Shown: piece after piece, positions 1 to 12,600 of the stretch | Numbering within the stretch: the first letter of the stretch is position 1 | Layout of the letters: the number at the start of each line of letters is the position of its first letter | NCBI GenBank assembly: GCA_000165345.1 | Contig: CM000429.1 | Span: 352,001 to 416,000, forward strand | Length of the DNA stretch: 64,000 nt | Direction of reading: 5' to 3' | Made by a program: the position numbers and the translations under genes | Notes under the pieces: model-generated | Told to the model about the DNA's origin: nothing | Database searches by the model: none | What the model saw: the letters and a program-made list of their open reading frames with translations, nothing else

Positions 1-954
1 TAGAAAATATAAATCCAGCTTTGGGGAGAGCTTTATAGTTTTATATTTAATGAAATCTAGATTGAATATTTCTTCTGCGGAAGGTCTTTTATGCGGATCC
101 CTTTCAAACATCAGTTTCAATACTGAATTGAGCTCGCTAGAATAAAACTTTGGTAAATCAGGAACCAGACCATCCTTGACATACTTTCTTAGTTCATCAT
201 AGCTTCTAGCGTAAAATGGAGGCCTTCCAGCTAAAATTTCATAGATACAACAACCCAACGACCAAATATCGCTTTTTTCATCATATTCACCTTTTCCAAG
301 TACTTCTGGAGACATATAGTAAGGTGTTCCAACATGAGTGGTTGCTAGTTGGTTTCTTCCAGTTAAATATCTTGCAAGCCCAAAATCTCCCAATTTAACT
401 ATCATAGTCTTTTGCTCAGGTTTATCAAGGTCTTTGTTAATTCTCGAACCCTCCTGTATTTTATTTTTAAGTTCAGGAGATGAAGAGGCTATTATAAAAA
501 TATTTTGGGGCTTAATATCTCTATGTAGTACCCTATTGCTACGAGTATGACAATAATTTAGTGCGTCTAGAAGTTGAATAAATATTGAGATAACAGTTTC
601 CTCGTCAATACTTAATCCTAACTTTTTCTTTTTCTTGAGAATATTTCCGAGGTCTCCTTCATCGCAGTACTCCATTATAATATAGATTTGTTGGTTTTGT
701 TTGTCTATTATACGATCGATGTATTTAATTATATTTCTATGGTTTAATTTTCGAAGTACATTTACTTCATTAACTATTTGTATTTTTTCTTGCTGTGTCA
801 TATTTTCATAACAAATTTTTTTCCAGACAAATAGCCTTCCATCTGACTTCCTCCTAATTTTATGCACTGTACCAAAACACCCCCTTCCTATTTCTTCAAT
901 TTCTTCATAGTCTTCCTGGATGAATTGGTTTTTGTGCATGGCTTGTTTCTGCAT
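1..954 (-). CDS. Serine/threonine protein kinase of the NIMA-related (NEK) family. The 3' end is truncated by the window edge.
   Basis: Manual minus-strand translation from the ATG at 954-952 gives a complete kinase catalytic core: GRGCFGTVHK (Gly loop), HRDIKPQNIF, DFGLAR, and GTPYYMSPE (the NEK-type activation segment), then subdomain XI HKRPSAEEI. The frame is open through to position 1, so the C-terminus lies outside the window. It is absent from the ORF track because it has no stop codon in the window. Confidence 0.8.
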   Translation of the reverse strand, partial: MQKQAMHKNQFIQEDYEEIEEIGRGCFGTVHKIRRKSDGRLFVWKKICYENMTQQEKIQIVNEVNVLRKLNHRNIIKYIDRIIDKQNQQIYIIMEYCDEGDLGNILKKKKKLGLSIDEETVISIFIQLLDALNYCHTRSNRVLHRDIKPQNIFIIASSSPELKNKIQEGSRINKDLDKPEQKTMIVKLGDFGLARYLTGRNQLATTHVGTPYYMSPEVLGKGEYDEKSDIWSLGCCIYEILAGRPPFYARSYDELRKYVKDGLVPDLPKFYSSELNSVLKLMFERDPHKRPSAEEIFNLDFIKYKTIKLSPKLDLYFL

Positions 955-1136
955 CGTTAATGGACGATAATTTATGGGTTTTGCATATCTATATTAACAA
1001 TACAAACTTTGGGTCTTCCAATGTTTGAAGAACGATCAAAAATTCATAAATAAATCCTTTTTCTTTGTCAACTTACCTCCTTTTTTTTAGCATTACGTGT
1101 TATTACGCATTTCATCCCCACAAATTCTCATGTCAA

Positions 1137-1147
1137 TTTGGCGCCAC
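1137..1147. promoter_or_regulatory. E2F-type site TTTGGCGCCAC in the divergent promoter between the NEK kinase and the 1409 gene.
   Basis: Exact match to the E2F consensus TTTSGCGC. It contains the TGGCGCCA core reported as over-represented upstream of Cryptosporidium cell-cycle and DNA-replication genes. It lies about 190 bp upstream of the kinase ATG. Confidence 0.45.
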
Positions 1148-1408
1148 ATCACATGCTTTATCCATCAAATAAAGTCTCAATAGAAAATTAATTTGGTTGA
1201 GAAAAGTCACAAAAATTTTGATGGATCCTGGGTAAAACTCGTCGGAGTGTTCTTTTGCAAGTTTATTAACGATTTAAAAGAAGGAAGCGGCGGTAAGTAC
1301 CGTTGTTCCATTGGCGCTACCGACAAATCAAAGCGATAAGGAAATAACAACAGCAATAAATTGACTTAAAAGTTTGCTTGAACAAAGTAAAATTTGAATT
1401 TAATCACA

Positions 1409-2146
1409 ATGGAGGGCGGCGAAAATAAGAATCATGTTGGAATGAACTGCTCTCTCGATGATCTTATCAGAAAAGAAGCTCCAAAAAGGCCGAATGTTAA
1501 CAAATCAATTAAGAAAAACACGAGCCGAGGAAAACCCGTGATGAAAAATAAAAAAATGGTTCGTTCGGAGAGAACATTTATTAGCAAGCGGAATAATGGT
1601 TCAGCACAGGTTTCTTCTGGTAGAAACAATGCCAGCGGCTTGTATAGAGGTACATATAAAAAAGAAGGTAAATCACAATCTTTGTATATGAGAAGAAAAA
1701 AAGATTTTCAAATGAGAACTGAATTAAATAAAAATGATAATATACCTGACAAATACTGTGAATTATCCAATTTAGATGAACGTGAAAGAATAATAAAAAT
1801 GATACGTCTTGAGCACAAAGATGAAGACTTCACACTCCAAGTTCTACTAGATTCGAACCCAATAATTATTGTGAATAAAATAACAGGAGTAATTAAATTA
1901 AATTCTTTTAATTGCAGAACTTCAAGTATGCTTGATGTCTGGAATCTGCTATTAAAGCCTCTCGGCTTATCTTTACAGGTTGTAAATATGGGCAGTGACT
2001 GTACAAACTGGTCAATCACTGATGGTAGTTGTTATATGGAAAATTTTAAAGATGGTATGATAGTTCGTGGATCAGGCTCTAGAGATACTGCTAGGAATGC
2101 TCGGTTTTCAATCCTTGAACAACATATTAGGCAGTTAATCATTTAG
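1409..2146 (+). CDS. Hypothetical basic protein of 245 aa with an N-terminal SLDDLIRKE motif resembling the UAP56-binding motif of Aly/REF, UIF and CHTOP mRNA-export adaptors.
   Basis: The track ORF 1394..2146 begins at TTG, and the first in-frame ATG is at 1409 (MEGGENK...). The protein is Lys/Arg/Asn-rich. The motif MNCSLDDLIRK can be compared with Aly MSLDDIIKLN. No RRM is present. Confidence 0.55.
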   Translation: MEGGENKNHVGMNCSLDDLIRKEAPKRPNVNKSIKKNTSRGKPVMKNKKMVRSERTFISKRNNGSAQVSSGRNNASGLYRGTYKKEGKSQSLYMRRKKDFQMRTELNKNDNIPDKYCELSNLDERERIIKMIRLEHKDEDFTLQVLLDSNPIIIVNKITGVIKLNSFNCRTSSMLDVWNLLLKPLGLSLQVVNMGSDCTNWSITDGSCYMENFKDGMIVRGSGSRDTARNARFSILEQHIRQLII

Positions 2147-2223
2147 TTAATTCATGCTCAGTTAGATATAAATAAATATATATATATATGTATATATAAG
2201 TATTTGTTTAATTCTCCTTAATA

Positions 2224-3057
2224 TTACTTTCTCCAGAAGCTCCTCTTTTTTGAGCTCAGTTCTTGAATCTTCTTTGCTAAGGCCTTTTGCTTTTGCTGTA
2301 ATGCTGCATGCTTTTGTTCAGCAATTGCTAAATCTGATTGTAAGAATTTAAGCTCTACGTTGTCTGCACCATAAACTCCCTCATTCAAAGAAATCACACT
2401 AGATAACTTTTGAATATTTTCAATAATTTTTGATCTTTGTTGCAATGTTTCTTTAGCAAGAGCTTCGGCTTCAAGTAATTCTTGATTTGCCTCTTGTAAA
2501 GTCTTAGCATGAATTCTTTTCAGTCTATTAATTTCAGACTTAAATATTCTAAATTCTGATTGAGATAAGCTAAGTCTTCCAACGCATGTTATGCATGGGG
2601 TTCCAGCTTGTTCTTCTTGCTTGATTGCAACAGAAGGTGGCTCCAGAAATACAATTGGTGCTTCCATATTTTTGAATGCTGATGATAACGACATTTTTGA
2701 AATAACATCTGATAAGTTGTCAACTATTCCCAAACTATTTTCTGCAAATATGTTCTTTGGATTGCGCCTAAGTTCTGCGAATTCTTTAATTCCAGCCCAA
2801 TTATCTTCAATTTGTGTAATGTTATTCTTAATATGTACTAGACCCTTCATTATCTCCTGAGATTGGACAACTAATTGGTCTTGTAGTTCAAAATCTGGAC
2901 TATAGTCTTTCCTTGGAGTTGTTACTTCTGGGTAGAAAACTTTAAAATATGTACCAACAGCTTTGGCAATAGTATCTAAAAGCCCAGCTTCACACCCATG
3001 TGGCTTTCCTATAGTGTAAATTAATAAGGTTAATACTACAGAAAACGAAAGTTTCAT
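2224..3057 (-). CDS. Secreted coiled-coil protein with a predicted signal peptide, about 277 aa.
   Basis: The track ORF starts at GTG (3162-3160). The first ATG is at 3057 and gives MKLSFSVVLTLLIYTIGKPHG, a hydrophobic signal-like N-terminus. This is followed by a long heptad-like region (LQEANQELLEAEALAKETLQQRSKIIENIQKL...). Confidence 0.55.
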   Translation of the reverse strand: MKLSFSVVLTLLIYTIGKPHGCEAGLLDTIAKAVGTYFKVFYPEVTTPRKDYSPDFELQDQLVVQSQEIMKGLVHIKNNITQIEDNWAGIKEFAELRRNPKNIFAENSLGIVDNLSDVISKMSLSSAFKNMEAPIVFLEPPSVAIKQEEQAGTPCITCVGRLSLSQSEFRIFKSEINRLKRIHAKTLQEANQELLEAEALAKETLQQRSKIIENIQKLSSVISLNEGVYGADNVELKFLQSDLAIAEQKHAALQQKQKALAKKIQELSSKKRSFWRK

Positions 3058-3136
3058 TTTTGAATGTAAAATTCTTTTTCTTATTTTTAATGACTTGCAT
3101 TTAGGCTCACCTATAATGATAAATGCAATTATATTT

Positions 3137-3507
3137 GCATGCAATTGTTTACATGCATGCACATAGTCACCGCCTAAACATTATAAAATTAATAGCAAAT
3201 TTAATAAAAAATAATTAAAGTAAAGGCAGAATATACCATTGATTTTGAGAAACTCTCAATCAAATTTGTGAAAATAATTTACTCGAAAATAAGCCCTGCA
3301 GCTAAAAGAAAATGAAAATCTACTGCAAACATGTAGAGAAACTAAACAAAAGGGATTAAAGCTCAGTTGCATGCGCTCTAAAATAAATATACAAAATTTA
3401 AATAAATTTGTTTATTATCTTTGAAAAAAAATTCTTAAATTTTTTTGCTGTGCATGTGAACCACAAAGAAGAATTGGCGCCCTCATGTGGTCAATGTTTG
3501 CGCATGC
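3137..3507. promoter_or_regulatory. Divergent promoter carrying four exact GCATGC motifs (3137-3142, 3155-3160, 3369-3374, 3502-3507) and a TTGGCGCC box (3474-3481).
   Basis: GCATGC / TGCATGCA is the ApiAP2-type motif over-represented upstream of apicomplexan genes. The region lies between the 3057(-) gene start and the 3626(+) gene start. Confidence 0.4.
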
Positions 3508-3625
3508 AACACAAAGTCAACGGTATACAAATAAAACAAAGTTTTAGTTAATAAATTAAATCAAATGATTAAAGTTATATTACATATGAGTAGGCTTGCT
3601 AATAAAATTTAATAATTAATTGAAG

Positions 3626-6600
3626 ATGTTAGTTATTACAGAGAAAATCTATCATATAAAACTACTGGTGATATTTCTCGTAATAATAATCAAAATAGGC
3701 GTGGTAAATACTGAACATGATTTGGTTTGTCCAATTGGATATATTTTAGAAGGAAATCATTGTAAATTGTGCGAATCTGGTACATTTTCAAATAAAGAAA
3801 CAAATAGTTGTACAGCTTGTGGAGAAGGTAAATATTCATTTCCAGGAAGCTATTCTCAATCTTTATGTTTCCAATGCTCAATAGGAACTTACTCAGAAAA
3901 AGAAAAATCAAATAGCTGTGAAATTTGTCCAAATAATCAGATTACATCAACTATTGGTTCAACAAAAAAAGAGGATTGTTTTTGTATGCCTGGCTTTAAG
4001 CCAGCAAGTCTAAGAGATGAAACTTGCGTTCAATGCGCTTCAACTGAGTGGTGTTATAGAGTGTCTCCTAATTCCGGAGGGTTTTGGAATGTAGCATCTT
4101 ATTGCTATAGTGTAGATTTAAGTAAATATTCAAAAGACTCGACAACACATTTACTTTGTAATGATATGTCTTTGATGAGCTCAAAAACGGCAAATTTTCA
4201 AATTCCATGTTTTGGAAGTCAATGTGAAAGCTTATACAGGAATAACGAGGTAATTTCAAATAACAATATTAATTCACTTATGGTAGTTAGATGTAAAGAA
4301 GGCAGTTCTGGTTTCCTTTGCGATGATTGCGAGGATGGTTATGCAAAGATAGATGGGTTATTGGGAGAAGTTGGTTCATGCAAAAAATGCAGTTTATTGA
4401 ACTTCACGCCATTTATTTTAAGTAATTTATTTATTTTTGGTTTAATTATTTACTCTGTTTGGGTCTTGCGTTTGGAACCAACTGCAAATGAAGAAGAAAT
4501 GCCTATTGTTCAAGTTACAATTATTAGAACAACTATCCAACACATGCAGTTTCTGGGTCTGCTGATTACAACTAATGTGGTAAGGTTCGAGTATTTTCCA
4601 AATTTAACAGTTGCAATTTCATATTTAGGATCGAGTAACTCTTTTTTACCACTTTTTCAATGTTTATTGTCAAAGTTTGGTATTGATAGACATGGCCCAG
4701 AAGCTTTGAAGATATATTCAATTGTTATATCAACTATGCCTTTTCTCCTTATTATTTTTGCCATAATTGCTGCCCCAATTCTAAGATATTTTAGGGAGAA
4801 AGAGGTTAGAGGTTTTTTATTAGGACGACAAGAAATGGAAGGAGAATGTCTACAATTTCAGAAGTCATATTTTTCTTGGGTTTTTAGCTTATTTATTGTA
4901 TCCTTTTTCTGTTATTTTTCAATGAGTATCAAAAATATTTATTCAATTATTAGTTGTACATCGCTTAACATTGACATTCAAAACCCCACTAATTCATTAA
5001 TGGGTAGTTACGTAACGCCAGAAAGTATGAATTTATTTCAAAATACAAATAATGAAATTCCTGGATTATTATCGGTTGTTTCAATTGCGAAAGAAAATAT
5101 TTGTTGGAGTCATGGACATTTTGTCGCCATATTTTACTCTCTCATTGGTTTAGTCTTCTGGCATATTTTAATACCTATTGTATACTTGCTTTGCATTTAT
5201 TTTGATACAAAAAATGACAAAATTCAACGTAGGAGACTAGTATATGGGTGGTGGATAAGTGGATATGAAAATACAAATATGAATATTTGGGAGATCACTA
5301 CTTATTTGAGTCAAATAATTTACTTGATAGTGATACTCTTGATTGGAATACTTCATACATTTAATTACGTTGTTGCGTATTATGCAGTTCCGGGTGGCTC
5401 ACATTATGAGACTTTAAATCCGCTTTGTTCTCCAATTTTGTCATCATTTTGTTGTATTGTGTTGACTATTTCCTTGGACAGTATTTATAGCTTTGTGAGG
5501 CCAAATTCTCAAGACTTTTTGCGTACAGGCATTCAAAAAGTTGATATTTCTTCAGTAGGCGTCGAAGATGAACTACTAACAGAAGAACAAAAGCAAAAAC
5601 AGAAAGTTGCTTATGGAGGAGTGAATTCAAAACAAACAAGTAGATTGAATTGGAGTTCGTATTTTTATTTTATTCGTCGAATGTCAAGCTTTTCAATTAT
5701 TACAGTCATTTTTGCATCAATACTGCCAAGACTAAATGTAAACATAGAAAATAAGATTGAAAACCTTAGAGGAACATGGATAGATTCTGTGGATACAAGT
5801 CTTATACCACTGGGATATGGAGATTTTTCTATCCGTTTTTTTTCAATATTTTCAGTTATAGTAAATTATTTTTTTATTTTTATAATACTATTTTCGGTAT
5901 TAGGGATAAAGATATACAAAAGGGTTTTGCCGATGCTATCATCAAAATCAAAAGTAGAAGTAAATATCAAGTCAATGAGTGATTTTGCAAGCAGCTCCGA
6001 TTCAATTAAGCAAGTAAACAAGGGAAATCAAGTCAATGGAAGAATTTCTAATATTGGAAATGCATTTGTATCATATCATGATATGAACAAGACTAGTCAA
6101 ATAGGAGATCAAGATGGAGAAAGAGTTGATGACGAAATTTCAATAGAACAACTTATCAGAATGCACTTAAGAACGGATTGTCTGGGGTTTTTATCGCATG
6201 AAGATCGTGTATCTGTTGTGGTCGCAATAAAAAGATGTGATAATCGACAGGAAGGGTTGGCAATTTCACTTAGAGCAACATTAGATTCTAGATTCGGTGA
6301 AAGTGGTAAATATACGTTAATTGAAAATAATTTATTTGTTTGTGAGTCTCTAAGAAGCTATGGATTTTCAGATTTTGGAATGGAGAAATTGATTGAAGAT
6401 TTAATAGAGATACACATTTCTATCACAAACAGAATTAAAAGTGTTAGTAGGAACTCATTAAAAATGGCATTAGATTTATGTATTATTAATTATCCAGAAG
6501 TTGCACAAAAACTGGGCATGGAAGTGATAGTGCCTCCAGATTTGAATTTAAATAATATGAATGAGAAGTCAAACATTGAAACTAATAATAATACAGAGGC

Positions 6601-9600
6601 GTTATATTCCTTACATCTGAGGAAACTACTTGCAAGGCTAAGTTTAAATGCGCTGATCTTGGACATTAGTGATAACTTCTTTAGAATTCCAAGATCAATC
6701 CCTATTTCATTAAGATTAAAGCTAAATAGAGGAACAGGCCTACTGTTTTCTGAACCTAATTTAGAAAATAATGGAATAGAAAATATGGAATTGAACCACT
6801 CTTTGATTAATGAAGATACTAAGGACAAGAAATACAACGTACCTATTCCTGGGTATATTGAAGAGGAATATAATGAACCAAGATCTTTGGATGTTGACCT
6901 AATGTTATCCATAAAGAAATTAACAGAGTGTGACCCAAGAACTGTCTTGGAAGAAACCAGTCATCCAATAGCATTTGAAAAAGCGACAAGAAACTCGATT
7001 ACAAGTGATAAAGTATTACAGACTTTATTTTCATTAATAGAACCTGAGTTTAAGTCCCAACTTAGAAGTTCATTAGAGCTTAATAAAGAAGAATTAAAAG
7101 AGGGTATTGGAGAATTGGACAGAAATCAGGATGAGGAAATTGTTCAATTGTTGTTAGGACTAAATCCAGACGAAAATATTGGTAGCGAAACAATTCTAAC
7201 ATTACTTAATGATTTAGAAACCATTGGTAATAGTACTTCTGATTATATGGATAATAAATCTCATTTATCTGATTCAGAATTTCATTCCCCAGATGAACAT
7301 AAAGTTAGTTCAGTTTCCAAAAAAATAGGATTTTCTTTAAAAAATTTAAAGAATAAAAATAATACAAAAGGTGATATAGTTAATGAAGATAGTAATGCTG
7401 TTCAATCAAAGAACAAAATGTCTTTAAAGCTAAAAAATTCAATATATAATTTATTTCTACTTAGAGTATTGGATCTAAAGTCATGGTTAAGTCAGTATAG
7501 AAAGCAATATATTGAAGAAACTAATAAGAGAATGGAAAGTTTAAGACAGTACAATTATTTGAATTTTGATAATAATTTTACTATACCACAAGGAAATAAT
7601 ACTAGGAATACTTCAAATACTAGTTCAAGCATTGCAGATAATAATAATAGTAATACCAATGGAGTTAATGAAAATAATAATGGCACTATCAATAATAACT
7701 CAATTATTAAATCAAGTGAATTAGACGTAACAGCTGCTGCTTCTTATTCATCAAAAATAAGTATTGAAGCAAAAGAGAATTTAAAAATGATGACAGATTT
7801 GGTATCAAATTTAAATAGATACGCAAGTCCAAGCATGCTTTTTTATTATTTACAATTATGTAAAAGATTAAGTTTAGGTGCAGATTTTACAATGACTTCA
7901 TTAATACCAGATAATTTGTTGTATAAAGGCGTAATTAGCAATGAAGAGGCATTAAGATTATATAGAGAAATTAATCCTAGTTTGAATTTTAATGATAATC
8001 CTCTTGGCTTTGATGTCGCAACTATTCACGAATTTTCAGCATTGAATACACCTAATTTGAATTTAAAAAGAGAGTTGGAATTGACAATAGAATCACAAAG
8101 AGAGTTTAATATGATTTTTCCATCAGCATTGCCATGTATACATTCAATATTTTGGGTTCCTTTTGATATTTATGATGATGACAATTTATGGATAATTCAA
8201 AGTAGAGAAAGACAGAATATTTCTCAGTTACTAGATTGTTTATCAAAGGATCATCCACAAATAATAGAATTACCATATATTGATGAAGAAGCTATGGATG
8301 AAAAAATGGAATGCGTAGAATTTGATAAAAATGACCAAGGCCTAACTAAACAAACATTGTATACATTATTACCACAAATTTCAAATAATGGAGGAATTGA
8401 AGATGGTTCTTGGCTTTGGAGTGAATTACCGATCAGATTTGCAATTGATTTAAATGGTTTAACAATTAGAAAGATGCATTCATCCTCAAATTATCCAAAA
8501 AGCATTTATTTATCTGGAAACCCATTATCAGTTTTAGGTCCTCAATCACCTCAATGGGCATTTATGAGCCATAAATCAGATAGAATTAATTATTTAAATG
8601 GAGTTTGCACTTTGAATTATAATATTATTAATAACAATAATAATAATAATAATATAGATTTTGATTCAAGCACAATATTTGGTGATCAAGCAATAATTGT
8701 TGCCCCAGGTATAGAAGTTAAAGGAACATCATTTACAATTGAAGTTTGGGTGAAATTGCCCCCGTTGTTTGATAAATTGGAAGAAATTAAAGAAGAAAAA
8801 GAATCGGATTCAGAAGTAAAAAATCAAAAAAGTAAATCAAAGTCTAAATCAAGAGCTAAAAGCAGAACAAAAATGGAGGGAAGAATTAGTTCAAGAGCAA
8901 AAAGTAAAAAGAAAAAAGTAGATATGCTATCTTCAAATAAAGATAAAAATCAATCATTATTAAGTCTAAGTAAATTACAAAAGAAACTTGTTGAAATAAA
9001 AGGAGGGAAAGAAGAAGATGATGAAAATGAACAAGCAAGTCTTGATGGAACAAATTCAGAAATCAGTGGAATTCAAAAAGAATCAGATGATTTAAATAAT
9101 GTTAATATGAAGAAAAAATTAGAATTACCAACATTACAAGTCCTATGTAGTACTGATGCAATGGAAGGATTATTTACAGTACATAGACCAACAGGAACAA
9201 TAGGATTTTGGGATAGTAATGGAAGATTTTTAAAATGCGTAATTAAGAATGATCAAAAAGAAATAAATAAGAATGAAATGCAATTTAAAAATTCTTCTTA
9301 TGTTGCATCTAATATTGCAACATTGCAAAATATTTATTCACAATTAGGATTGATAAAAAGAAGTACCTATTGCAAAGAAACTAATCAAGATATTGAACAA
9401 TTTATTAATTACATTGAAGATCCATTAATTCTTGATCCATGGGTTTTAGTACATATTGTTTATAATATGGGATCAATAAAATATTATGTAAATGGTAGGT
9501 TTATTGGTTCAATTAGAAAACCAAATGGTTTAAAAGGTGATATATCAGTAATTGGAGGAGGATTAGAAAGTGGATCAGGATGGGGTTATTTTAGTCAATT

Positions 9601-12600
9601 TAGAGTTTATGGAGTGCATACAAGTAATGAACAAATAAAAAGACGTTATGAATCATATATTTCACTCAATTCAGATAATTCATTTATTACTAAAATTAAT
9701 AAATTAACATCATCAACAATTAATTGGGCATTAACATTATGGAGAAGTGGTGCTGTAGGATTTTTCATATGGAAATATAGTCAAATAAATTTAAAACAAA
9801 ATGATGTTACGTATTTAATAGAATTAATTAATAGAAAAAGAAATGTTTTATGTAATGGAGATATTGTTGATGAGTCAGATAACGATAATAGCAATTTAAA
9901 AAATGGAATATTACTATTTGGTGTAATTATTAGAATATTAAAAGGAGAAAGATCTTTTCCATATTATTATGTATATGAACCATTACCCTATTTAGAAAGT
10001 ATTCAAGATGAGAACAGTGAAAAAAATGAATCAAATAATAAAATACAATTATCACCCATGAAATATAAAATGACTTCAATAACATCACAATTAGGGTATA
10101 GAATAACCGAAGATTATAAGAAAATTAAATTAGATAATGAAAAAGTATATAGAATGAACCCATTATTTTATCAGCCAAGTATAGTACCTGGCCCAGGAAT
10201 GTCAGAGTGTTTATTATTAGCATTTAACACAAAAAGTAATAATTCTGGATTATTGATAACACCACCAATTGAGTTGCAGAAAAAAATTATAAATAAAAAT
10301 AGAAATGCAAAGAATTCTATGAATAAAGATGATCAGAAAAAAAAAGGTAATGGTTTATTGAATGGTAATTTTGATGAAAAAAATGATGAAATATCAGAAA
10401 TTTCAGAATGTTATAATGGTTGGACAATAACTGTATGGTTTCATTATCCATTACTAACAAATTATTCATATACAATAAATAATTCTTCGAATCAAAATGA
10501 TGAGGATATGGTTACGAATAATTCCAAGAAAAAATCTAACTCAGATATTGATCATTATATAGTATTAGTAACGGGTAAAAATGATTCACATATAATAATA
10601 AATGAAAATATGGATGTTGGAGTATACAAAAACTTTTCACAGATCAGCAATAATAATATTAATATTAATAATAATAATAATAGTAATAATAGTAGTAATA
10701 ATAATAATAATTATAATTATTATAATAATTATAATAATAATAATAATAGTAATAATAATAATAATAATAATTACAATAATTACAATAATAATTATTATAA
10801 TAATAATTATTATAATAATTATAATAATAATATTAATATTAATAATAACAATTATATTAATAATAATACAAGCAATTATATTGAAAAGGGCTTTTATTCA
10901 TCTGGGTTTAATTTAAATAAATCAGAATTGCCTATCGGTTGGCATATGTTAACGGTTGTCGGTAAACCAAGAATGGAATATACAAAAACGGAAGATGAGA
11001 AAGAAAGGAGTATAGTTGGAGGAGGAGGATTAGGTTTCACGGAAATTACTAAGCCTATGCAGAAAAATATTAATTTATCAACACAATATAAGTGGTGCCA
11101 AGAATTTTATATTGACGGACAAATTATGGGTATTAGCTCATATTGTACCCATGAAAGTATTGTTATGATTGGAAATAGTTTATTTTTAGAAAATGCATTT
11201 GGAATATTTACATGTCCAAGAATTTTTAGTCACTCATTCTCACCGATGGAAATACATACTGATTTTTTGTCTTACAATTATTTAATAAAAGCAGGAAGTT
11301 GGAATTCAAAAGATGATATTTTATTACAATTTGATTATAACTCTATTACAAAGGAATTTCGTGTATTAGAAAATCCAAGCAACAAATTAAGATATATTTA
11401 TAATTTTGGTTCATCCCAATACTCGAATAAATATGATCAATTAAAAAATGTAACAAAAGACAGACGAAAAAAGAAAAAAAAACAATTATTAGAGGGAAAC
11501 TTGGAAATTGATGACCAATCTTATTGGTTAGATGAGATGGAATGCCAATCACCTTTGTTTAATTATATTGAAACATTTTTGAATAATAACTCATTTGATA
11601 ATGAAGCTAAATATATAATGGCAATAAGTAATAGCATGATTAATCAATCTGAAAGTGAAAGTAATAATAATAATGATAGTGCTAGCAATAATGTTAAAAC
11701 AAATAAGATTAATGATATTCTTGAAAATTTTTCAAATATTAACAAAAATAATAAAGAAGAAGTATGCCAAATAAATGTAAAAAATAATGGCATTATTACT
11801 ATTCATAGAGGGCCAACCAATGAAAATATATGTATTGACCCAACTCAAATTTTTATTCTAGAAAAAAAATCGGGATATTCGACAGAAGGTGGGAGTGTAA
11901 TATTAGAAAGGCCAGTAAGATTAAGTAAGAATTGGTCATGTGAAGTTTGGTTTTATGTTCCTTTTGAGATAACATTTCATCCTTATTGTTTGATATCAAA
12001 TAGTGACGGTATAGGATTTATTGTAATAGGTTTAAATGGTGAATTGGGATCAATACAAAGAAAAATAACAAATATGTATGAAAATAATGGTGTGATTTCT
12101 AAGAAAAATAATAAATATGATTCAAAAGGATATGAAAAGAATAATAATCGATTACAATTTTTATCTTGGGATGTAAATTTGAGAGATCATGTTGATGTTG
12201 GTTGGTACCATATGGTTGTTACATTTAATACAACGCAAAATAACACAATAACAACTTATATTAATTCTCAATGTATTGGAAAGAAGATGAATGCGTTTGA
12301 ATTACCACATCATCAAAGTCCATGGATTGACTGTATTGGTAATTTAAAATCATTCAAAGGAAATTACATTGCACCATTTGGACTATTTGGGCATTTAAAA
12401 ATATATGATTTTGCATTGTCTACGATAGAGGTCGGATTATTGTACAAAAGTTGGATGTGCCATAAAAATTTAAAGAAAGAAATATTAAATCGTCACATTA
12501 AACAAGAAAAATCTGCAATAACTAAGAACTACACTTTGTACAAAAATTTAATGAACAAAAATAATAATTTCAAGGAAGAGGAACGATCTGAAAACAAGGA

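Noticed and set aside
216-550. ORFs 216..398(+) and 338..550(+) overlapping the kinase region.
   Set aside because: They lie antisense to a well-supported NEK kinase CDS. They are short and carry no motif. They are chance open frames in AT-rich DNA.
1394-1408. TTG/GTG-initiated 5' extensions in the ORF track (1394, 3162, 3620, 17526, 26781, 27723, 28272, 31568, 54139, 60905).
   Set aside because: The supplied track translates TTG/GTG as Met. In a eukaryote, the first in-frame ATG is the realistic start, so I trimmed each of these.
10602-10916. ORF encoding poly-Ile (IIIIVIIV...).
   Set aside because: It is an alternative frame of the AAT microsatellite inside the giant gene and is a frame artefact.
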